This document shows positions 45,541-51,978 of a stretch of DNA of 51,978 nucleotides, in pieces. The translations under genes were made by a program, and so were the position numbers. Under the pieces are notes generated by a model. It did no database searches. It worked only from the letters and a program-made list of their open reading frames with translations, and was not told where the DNA came from. Each line of letters starts with the position of its first letter. Positions within the stretch are counted from its first letter, which is position 1. The DNA is from Deltaproteobacteria bacterium (GTDB lineage: Bacteria; Myxococcota_A; Polyangia; Polyangiales; Houyiibacteriaceae): contig JAXMNT010000054.1 in assembly GCA_034670305.1 (NCBI GenBank), positions 1-51,978 on the forward strand. The letters are read 5' to 3'.

Positions 45541-46682
45541 GCGAGCCCAAGAAGAACCGCACGGAGCTGCGGGTGGGCGCGTTCGTCGTCATCGCGCTCG
45601 TCATCGGGGGGTCGCTTGCCTTCGTGATCGGCAATCAGCGCAACATGTTCCAGTCGAAGTCCGAGTACCACGCGGTGTTCGCTCAGGTGAGCGGGCTGCG
45701 GCCGGGCAACACGGTGAACGTCGCGGGGGTGAATGTCGGGACGGTCGAGCACGTGGACTTTCTCCCCGACGGACGAGTGAAGGTCGGCTTTCGAGTCATC
45801 TCCTCCTCCGCCCACCTCATCCGCGGCAACCCCTCGGTGGCGCCGCCCGAGGTCGGCTCCACCGACCCAAGACCCAGTCTCGTCAGCGTCGGTTCGAAGG
45901 GCCTGCTCGGGGACCAGCTGCTCGACATCACGGTGGGCGACGAGTCGTTCGAGCCGTGGCCGAGTGAGACGCCGCTCTACGCGGACGAGAGCGGCGGGCT
46001 CATCGCCCAGGCGCAGTCCATCGCAGACGAGGTGGAGGCGGTTGCACAGAACGTGCGCTTGATGACCGAGCCCTTCCGCGACCAGCAGCTCTCCAACGAT
46101 CTCACCGAGACCGCGCGCAACCTGGCCCGCATCACGGGCATGCTCGCGAACGGCGACGGAGCGGTGCAGCGACTGATGACCGACCCGGAGACCGGGGACG
46201 AGGTGGTCGCGACGCTTCAGAACCTGCGCACCACCAGCAGCGAGCTCGCCCGCACCTCCCGCAGCTTCCGCCAGATCTCGGACGAAGTTCGAACAGGGGA
46301 CGGGAGCGCCCACGCGCTCATTTACGGATCGGAGGGTCGCGACGCGGTCGTGAACATCGGCCGGGCCAGCGATGAGTTGGCGACGATCCTCGGCGATGTC
46401 CGAACCGGCGACGGAACCATCCACGATCTGATCTACGAAGACTCCGCCGATCAGCTCCTCGCCAACCTGACGCAGGTCAGCGAAGACGCGGCGTTCCTCA
46501 CCGGGGAGATGCGCGCGGGGCGCGGGACCATCGGCGGCCTGCTCGTCGACCCGTCGATCTACGAAGACGTCAAACGGCTCGTCGGCGACCTCCAGCGGAA
46601 CGACATCCTTCGGGCGCTCGTGCGCTACTCGATCCGCCGAGACGAAGCGGCGGAGACACCGGCCGCGTCCGAGGACGAGTGA
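45537..46682 (+). CDS. mlaD: MlaD/MCE family protein
   Basis: N-terminal TM helix, [25 protein letters not shown], helical GDG-repeat C-terminus. Confidence 0.9.
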   Translation: MSEPKKNRTELRVGAFVVIALVIGGSLAFVIGNQRNMFQSKSEYHAVFAQVSGLRPGNTVNVAGVNVGTVEHVDFLPDGRVKVGFRVISSSAHLIRGNPSVAPPEVGSTDPRPSLVSVGSKGLLGDQLLDITVGDESFEPWPSETPLYADESGGLIAQAQSIADEVEAVAQNVRLMTEPFRDQQLSNDLTETARNLARITGMLANGDGAVQRLMTDPETGDEVVATLQNLRTTSSELARTSRSFRQISDEVRTGDGSAHALIYGSEGRDAVVNIGRASDELATILGDVRTGDGTIHDLIYEDSADQLLANLTQVSEDAAFLTGEMRAGRGTIGGLLVDPSIYEDVKRLVGDLQRNDILRALVRYSIRRDEAAETPAASEDE

Positions 46683-47524
46683 AGGTCTACCTCGATCTGC
46701 TGCGCGACGTGTACGAGCGCGGCATGCGGCGCGGCGACCGCACGGGGGTGGGGACGCGGAGTCTCTTCGGTGCCCAGATCCGCATGGACCTCTCCGATGG
46801 GTTCCCTCTGCTCACCACCAAGAAGGTGCACCTCAAGAGCATCCTGCACGAGTTGCTGTGGTTCGTTCGCGGGGACACGGACGTCGCCGGTCTGCGCGCG
46901 GTCGGCGTGAGCATCTGGGACGAGTGGGCCACGGCCGAACAGACCGCGCGCTTCGGCCGAAAAGCGGGCGACCTCGGGCCGGTGTACGGACACCAGTGGC
47001 GCAACTTCGGCGCGACCCGCCGGCCCGATGGTTCGTACGAGGACGATGGGCTCGACCAGCTCCAACACGTGGTCGAACAGATCAAACACAACCCCACGAG
47101 CCGCCGGCTCATCGTCACTGGGTGGAACCCGAAGGAAGCCGACCAGGTCGCGCTGCCGCCCTGCCACACCCTCTTTCAGTTCTACGTCGACCAAGACCGG
47201 AAGCGGCTGAGCTGCCAGCTCTACCAGCGGAGCGCGGATGTGTTCTTGGGTGTGCCGTTCAACATCGCGAGCTACGCGGCGTTGACGCTGATGATCGCGA
47301 ACGCCACCGGGCTGGAGCCCGGCGACTTCGTGCACACGTTTGGTGACGTGCATCTCTACGAGAACCACCTCGAGCAAGCCCAGACCCAGCTCGCCCGCGA
47401 CCCGCGGCCGCTGCCCACGCTGACCTTGGCGCCCGCGCGCTCGATCTTCGACGTCCGGTACGAGGACTTCAAGCTGACTGGCTACGACCCGCATCCGCGG
47501 ATCAAGGCGCCCGTCGCGGTTTGA
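46679..47524 (+). CDS. thyA: thymidylate synthase
   Basis: [54 protein letters not shown]. Confidence 0.98.
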   Translation: MKVYLDLLRDVYERGMRRGDRTGVGTRSLFGAQIRMDLSDGFPLLTTKKVHLKSILHELLWFVRGDTDVAGLRAVGVSIWDEWATAEQTARFGRKAGDLGPVYGHQWRNFGATRRPDGSYEDDGLDQLQHVVEQIKHNPTSRRLIVTGWNPKEADQVALPPCHTLFQFYVDQDRKRLSCQLYQRSADVFLGVPFNIASYAALTLMIANATGLEPGDFVHTFGDVHLYENHLEQAQTQLARDPRPLPTLTLAPARSIFDVRYEDFKLTGYDPHPRIKAPVAV

Positions 47525-47550
47525 ACGTGGAACCCACGGACGAGACGCCG

Positions 47551-48063
47551 ATGCGGACGCTGGCGCTCATCGTGGCCGTGGGCAGGGACCGCGTGATCGG
47601 CGATTCCAGCGGTGCACTCGGGCTTCCGTGGCACCTGCCGGAGGACCTGCGTCACTTCAAACGCACCACCGCCGGGCACGCGCTCCTGATGGGACGCACC
47701 ACGCACGAGGCGATCGGCCGTGCGCTTCCGGGGCGTCGAAATCTCGTCCTGACCCGCACCGAGGGCGCACAATTCGAAGGATGCGAAGTGGTGCACAGCC
47801 TCGAGGAGGCGTTGGCACTCGTGGCCGACGACCCGTGTCCATTCGTCATCGGCGGCGAGTCGGTGTACTCCGAAGCTCTGCCTCGATGCACCCACCTGTA
47901 CATCACGGAGGTCGACCGCGAGGTGCGCGGCGACGCCCACTTCCCCGAGTTCGACCCCGCGGCGTTCCGCGAGGTCTCACGGCGGGCGGGGGAGACCGAG
48001 GGCGTGACCTTCGTGGAGCTGGTGCGCCTGGGCGCGACGTTGGGCGTGGACGACGCTGGTTGA
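47551..48063 (+). CDS. folA: dihydrofolate reductase
   Basis: LPWHLPEDLRHFK, MGRTT, LPGRRNLVL, IGGESVY, GDAHFP. Confidence 0.96.
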   Translation: MRTLALIVAVGRDRVIGDSSGALGLPWHLPEDLRHFKRTTAGHALLMGRTTHEAIGRALPGRRNLVLTRTEGAQFEGCEVVHSLEEALALVADDPCPFVIGGESVYSEALPRCTHLYITEVDREVRGDAHFPEFDPAAFREVSRRAGETEGVTFVELVRLGATLGVDDAG

Positions 48064-48536
48064 TCGTCCTGTGTGTCGGCGTGCTCGCGAGCGCGTGCGA
48101 GCGGGACACCGAGCCGGCCGCCGATCTCGTGCGTGCCGCTCCGCACCACGACCGCTTCGCCACCTTCGAACGCTGGGCCCACCGCACCGTGCGCGCGCGG
48201 ACCGCACTCTCGGATGCGGCCGTGGAGTCGACCCTCTTCGCGACGCTTCGGCTCGAGCGCGCCATCCTCGCCGCGCGCGTGGTGCGGGTGGGCTGTCGAG
48301 AAGGGAGCGAACGTTGTCGCGGGTGGCGCTTTCAGTCGGCCGGGGCCAGCCGCGACGCGCAGTGGCGAGAGGAAGAGGCCTGGCAGGCGCTGTCTTGGAG
48401 ATCGCGCCGGCTCGAGGGCGAACTGCTCGAGGTGTGTCACTCGGATGGGTCGGGCGCAGGTCTGGGCGAGCCCTACGTCGGGCTGGCGCGACAGACCGAT
48501 GAGGTCCGGGTCGAGGTTCTGTTCCGTGCGGAATGA
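48060..48536 (+). CDS. putative lipoprotein, unknown function
   Basis: TTG overlapping the folA stop; VGVLASAC lipobox. Confidence 0.5.
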   Translation: MIVLCVGVLASACERDTEPAADLVRAAPHHDRFATFERWAHRTVRARTALSDAAVESTLFATLRLERAILAARVVRVGCREGSERCRGWRFQSAGASRDAQWREEEAWQALSWRSRRLEGELLEVCHSDGSGAGLGEPYVGLARQTDEVRVEVLFRAE

Positions 48537-48587
48537 ATCGGTTGCGGCCTGGTGTTCGTGCCGGGGCACCTGCGCGGCGGCCCGGTG

Positions 48588-50075
48588 ATGCGCTTCTTCA
48601 GTCAGCTCGGGCGGATCCGCGTTCGCCTCCTCGTCGTCAACGTGTTGGTCGTGCTCGTGCCGGTGGTCGGGCTCGAGTTCGCGGACATCTACGAACGACA
48701 GCTCTTGAACGGGCTCGAGCGCGACATGCGCAACCAAGCCACGCTCGTGCGACGTCTCTTCGAGGCGGACTTGCGCACCGGGGTGCCGCTCGACGCCGTC
48801 GAACACGAGCATGCGCTGCGGCGTGCGGCGGAGCGGACCCGCACCCGCATCCGGGTGCTCGACAAGAGCGGCACCGTCGTCGTGGACTCGCACCGCGACG
48901 GTCCGCCCGAGGGACCGGAGCCGCCAGCGCCGAGCCTCGCCTCGCCGTCCCTCCGCACCGTTTCGGCACGGCCGGACGAACCGTGGCCGACGCTCGAGGG
49001 CCGGCGCGAGATCCGCGAGGCGTACGAGGGACATCCGAGCTCGTACACGCGGGTTCGGGAGCGGCTGCCCGCGGTGTTCTTGTTCGTGACCGATCCGATC
49101 ATGCCCCGGCGTTCGGTCGAAGGCGTGGTCTACGTGGTGCGATCCACGACGCCGGTATTGCTCGAACTGCATCGGATCCGGCAGGGGCTCTTCGGGGTGA
49201 TGGCCGGTGCGCTCGCGTTCACGTTGCTGGTCACCCTCCTGCTGGCCTGGAGCATCAGCCGGCCCCTCGGTCGGCTCTCCCGAGCCGCCAAGCGCATCGC
49301 GTCCGGTGAACGGGACGTGCCGGTGCCGGTGGGCGGCGGAGGGGAGATCCGTGAGCTCGGCGAGTCGTTCGCGGCCATGACCGAAGAGCTCGACGAACGG
49401 CTGCGCTACATCTCCGCGTTTGCGGCCGACGTCGCACACGAGTTCAAGTCGCCGCTGACGTCGATCCGCGGTGCGGCCGAGCTGCTCGCCGAAGGTGCTG
49501 CCGACGATCCCGAGGCGCGCGATCGATTTCTGCGCAACATCCTGCTGGATGCCGAGCGGCTGGACCGGCACGTCTCGCGTCTGCTGGAGCTGAGCCGGAT
49601 CGAAGCGCACGCGTCCGAGACGGTTCGAGAAGCACTGGTGCTCGAACCGCTCATCCGCGCCATCGTCGGGCGGGCCTCCAAACGAGAGGGTGACATCGCG
49701 CTCCACTGGAAGGCGTCCGCACCGATCGTGATGGCGCGGGAAGACGATCTCGACGTCGCGCTCACGAACCTGCTGCACAACGCGCTGCGCTTCAGTCCGC
49801 CCGACGTGCCCGTCGAGGTGACGGTGTCGAATACCAAACGTCGGCTGAAGATCACCGTGCGCGACCACGGGCCCGGCGTGCCGGAAGACGACCGCGCGAA
49901 GATTTTCGCGCGGTTCTTCACGACCAGCCCGGAGCGCGACGGAACCGGGCTCGGCCTCGCCATCGTCAAAGCCGTCGTCGAGGCGCACGGTGGTGAGGTG
50001 AGGCACGAAGTGCCGGAGGGACCCGGCGCGCAGTTCGTCCTCGAGTTGCCGCTGCGCCGAACGCCGGGTCGCTGA
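48588..50075 (+). CDS. HAMP-domain sensor histidine kinase (ChvG/CreC-like)
   Basis: Two TM helices, HAMP domain, H-box VAHEFKSPLTSI, NLLHNA, DHGPG, GTGLGLAI. Confidence 0.93.
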   Translation: MRFFSQLGRIRVRLLVVNVLVVLVPVVGLEFADIYERQLLNGLERDMRNQATLVRRLFEADLRTGVPLDAVEHEHALRRAAERTRTRIRVLDKSGTVVVDSHRDGPPEGPEPPAPSLASPSLRTVSARPDEPWPTLEGRREIREAYEGHPSSYTRVRERLPAVFLFVTDPIMPRRSVEGVVYVVRSTTPVLLELHRIRQGLFGVMAGALAFTLLVTLLLAWSISRPLGRLSRAAKRIASGERDVPVPVGGGGEIRELGESFAAMTEELDERLRYISAFAADVAHEFKSPLTSIRGAAELLAEGAADDPEARDRFLRNILLDAERLDRHVSRLLELSRIEAHASETVREALVLEPLIRAIVGRASKREGDIALHWKASAPIVMAREDDLDVALTNLLHNALRFSPPDVPVEVTVSNTKRRLKITVRDHGPGVPEDDRAKIFARFFTTSPERDGTGLGLAIVKAVVEAHGGEVRHEVPEGPGAQFVLELPLRRTPGR

Positions 50076-50107
50076 TCTCTCGGGCGCGCATCCGAGGCGC
50101 GACCAGG

Positions 50108-50848
50108 GTGTATAGTTCGGGGGTGTGGCGATCGTTCGTATGTTCCGTGGCGCTCTGCATCGGGTGCGCCCACACCGAACCGCAACCGCAGTCCACCACC
50201 GTGGTTGCGAACCCCGCGACCGAACCGGCGGCGGCCCCGACAGAGGCTGCCGAAGAACCTTCGAGCGCGCCTCGGTTGCTCGGAGACCTTCGGCAGGGCG
50301 AGTCGCTCGCGTACCTCGTGCAGCTCTCCAGCGGAGATCGACAGGTGCGGATTCGGGTGGAAGAGGTTGTCGTACGCGAGGGTGGGGCGGTCGCGGTGAA
50401 ACTCGCCCCCGTCGGCGTGCCGCTGGGCGAGTCGCCGGTCTACGTCGGCTGGCTCATCGCCAACCAGGACGGGATCTTCGCGCTCGAACCCCACGTCGGT
50501 TTGAGCGGCGCCGGCTTCGCCCCCATCGATCGGCACGGACGCCTCGTGACCGAAGCCACCGGCAGCATCGCGTGGCAGGTGCCCGCCGCCTGGTACGGCA
50601 CCGGAGCGCGCGCGTTCGCTCCGAACGACGCCGCCGGATGGCGGCTGGCGGACGCGCAGCCCGAGGTCACCGGCGCGGTTCAAGGAGAACGGTGCGTGGC
50701 GATCGAACGCGACGAAGGCGACGCGTCGATCTCGATGCGGGTGTGTGAGAACGTGGGCGTGCATGCGCTCGAGCGACACGGCGAAGACGGCCTCGAACGC
50801 TGGCGCCTGCTCGATCTCGGGGACGCGCCGGACGAACTTCAGCCCTGA
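50108..50848 (+). CDS. putative lipoprotein, unknown function
   Basis: VALCIGC lipobox-like sequence, Pro/Ala linker. Confidence 0.6.
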   Translation: MYSSGVWRSFVCSVALCIGCAHTEPQPQSTTVVANPATEPAAAPTEAAEEPSSAPRLLGDLRQGESLAYLVQLSSGDRQVRIRVEEVVVREGGAVAVKLAPVGVPLGESPVYVGWLIANQDGIFALEPHVGLSGAGFAPIDRHGRLVTEATGSIAWQVPAAWYGTGARAFAPNDAAGWRLADAQPEVTGAVQGERCVAIERDEGDASISMRVCENVGVHALERHGEDGLERWRLLDLGDAPDELQP

Positions 50849-50888
50849 TCGGTTGTCGGCGGGGGCGCCGGTCTGAGAGTCTCTCGCC

Positions 50889-51575
50889 ATGGGGACGCTG
50901 CGGAGCTGGCTGAGGGACGCGCACGTGGTCGGCGCGTTCTTGCTGTGCATCGGATTCTGGCTCTGGGGGGCGGAAGGGTCGGCGTGGGTCCTCGAGCCGG
51001 CGCTCCGTTCGCTCAACCCCAGACACGCCTGGATGATCCGTTTCGGGTTCGGCGCGCTCGTCATGGGGCTGGTGCCGGTGCTGGTGCTGAAGTTCGGCTA
51101 CCGACGTTCGTTTGACGACCTGGGCCTCGGACTCGGCAAGTGGCGCGCGGGGGTGCCGATCGCACTGGTGGCCGGAGCCGCGGGTGCAGCGCTGATGTTC
51201 TTCGTCACGTCCAAGGACGCGTCGGTCCGCGCCGAGTACCCGCTCTGCGGACACGCCGCGCTGACGACGGGCGAGTTCGTCGCGTATGAACTCGCGTACC
51301 TCGGCTTCTTCGTGGGCGGGGAACTCGCGCTTCGCGGAGTGCTCCTGTTCTCGCTGCGCGAGAAGCTCGGCAGCGCCGCCCTCGCAGTGCTGGTGACGAC
51401 CGCGATTCAGATCGTGTGGCACACCGGCAAACCGCTGCCGGAACTCTTGGCCGCGCCCGTGTGGGGACTCGCGGTGGGCGCACTCACGCTGCGTCTCGAG
51501 AGCGCTTGGTACGCACTCTTCTTCCACTGGGTCGCAAACGTCGCCCTCGACGCCGGCATCCTCTACGGGATTTAG
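50889..51575 (+). CDS. CPBP (Abi/CAAX type II) intramembrane protease
   Basis: Multiple TM helices; GELALRG (motif 1, first Glu replaced), WHTGKP, FHWVAN. Confidence 0.8.
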   Translation: MGTLRSWLRDAHVVGAFLLCIGFWLWGAEGSAWVLEPALRSLNPRHAWMIRFGFGALVMGLVPVLVLKFGYRRSFDDLGLGLGKWRAGVPIALVAGAAGAALMFFVTSKDASVRAEYPLCGHAALTTGEFVAYELAYLGFFVGGELALRGVLLFSLREKLGSAALAVLVTTAIQIVWHTGKPLPELLAAPVWGLAVGALTLRLESAWYALFFHWVANVALDAGILYGI

Positions 51576-51635
51576 CAGGTCGCTGAAAAGCGACCTGCTC
51601 CCTTGCCGTTGCCGTTGCCCGTGCCCTTGCCCGCG
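51574..51635. mobile_element. IS5-like terminal inverted repeat, perfect hairpin and hexamer tract
   Basis: TTAG|CAGGTCGCTGAAAAG; AGCAGGTCGCT-gaaa-AGCGACCTGCT hairpin at 51574-51599; then ccttgccgttgccgttgcccgtgcccttgcccgcg. Confidence 0.65.
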
Positions 51636-51674
51636 TCGTGGACGCCGTGTGTTTCGCGACGGCGAGGCCGCGAA

Positions 51675-51749
51675 TCGGTCCGCTGGGACCCGAGACTCCG
51701 GGCTCACCAGACACAACATCGAAGACTGTTCATTCGAGCGACCACGCAT
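51675..51749 (-). pseudogene. 5' remnant of an IS5-family transposase
   Basis: MRGRSNEQSSMLCLVSPESRVPAD resembles the MRG.D..Q..lfsyvs.E.RVP.DHPLR start of IS5-type transposases; similarity stops before HPLR. Confidence 0.6.
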
Positions 51750-51824
51750 GGCTCCGGTAGATCACAGCTCCTTCGCGCTGTCGATCCCGAAACCGGGTAG
51801 CCCTCAGCCCGATGAGCGCGCATG

Positions 51825-51914
51825 GCCTTCGGCTTTCCGAACCCTCGAAAGCGGCTCCGGACCTGCTCGTCGCTTCGCTCCTGCGCGGGCCCAGAGCCTC
51901 CCTCGCGAGAGACA
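51825..51914 (-). mobile_element. partial inverted copy of the 125-bp MITE
   Basis: Reverse complement of 37806-37895 with one mismatch, followed by ATAT at 51915-51918. Confidence 0.93.
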
Positions 51915-51978
51915 ATATCGAACGGGCTCTCGCCCACCTCGAGCAGGTCGTCGCGATGCTCGTCGCGCTGATCAAGCG
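51915..51978 (+). repeat. 64-bp exact direct repeat, copy 2 (four-helix-bundle-like 3' fragment)
   Basis: Identical to 12-75. Confidence 0.97.

Noticed and set aside
50667-51749. 360-aa ORF as an intact transposase
   Set aside because: Only the first ~24 residues are transposase-like; the rest runs through the hexamer tract and antisense to the CPBP gene, with no DDE motifs.
1-51978. Circular plasmid or phage suggested by the 64-bp terminal direct repeat
   Set aside because: The repeat starts at base 12 and the preceding 11 nt differ between copies. The flanking tetramers differ (TTAG vs CTAG). The content is chromosomal housekeeping, with no rep, integrase or virion genes.

Overview
High-GC chromosomal DNA that looks myxobacterial (MYXO-CTERM sorting signal, CdbA-type small protein, TPR/kinase/FHA repertoire; Polyangiales-like by inference). 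In order it carries: (i) a lipid/sterol module with a long-chain acyl-CoA ligase, a KstR-like TetR repressor, a divergent FadL-type channel and a Neverland/KshA-type Rieske oxygenase that has an exact actinobacterial KstR box just upstream of its ATG; (ii) an ilvB-ilvN-ilvC-leuA-leuC-leuD-cimA-leuB operon followed by malic enzyme, preceded by a clear Leu/Val/Ile leader-peptide attenuator; (iii) a PP2C-cNMP phosphatase, a diheme cytochrome c, surface proteins and DNA polymerase II; (iv) a zinc-ribbon kinase / double-FHA cluster, an S41 protease and cdbA; (v) a Tad/Flp pilin cluster followed by mlaF-mlaD, thyA-folA, an orphan sensor kinase and a CPBP protease. Intergenic DNA holds several small non-coding elements. 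One is a 125-bp MITE with an ATAT target duplication, and both a filled and an empty version of one target site are visible. IS5-like ends abut TAG stop codons at both window edges, which also share an exact 64-bp direct repeat. There are also GNA-triloop hairpin elements and hexamer tracts between convergent genes. No rRNA, tRNA or CRISPR array was recognised. All family assignments come from motif recognition by eye; no database search was run.
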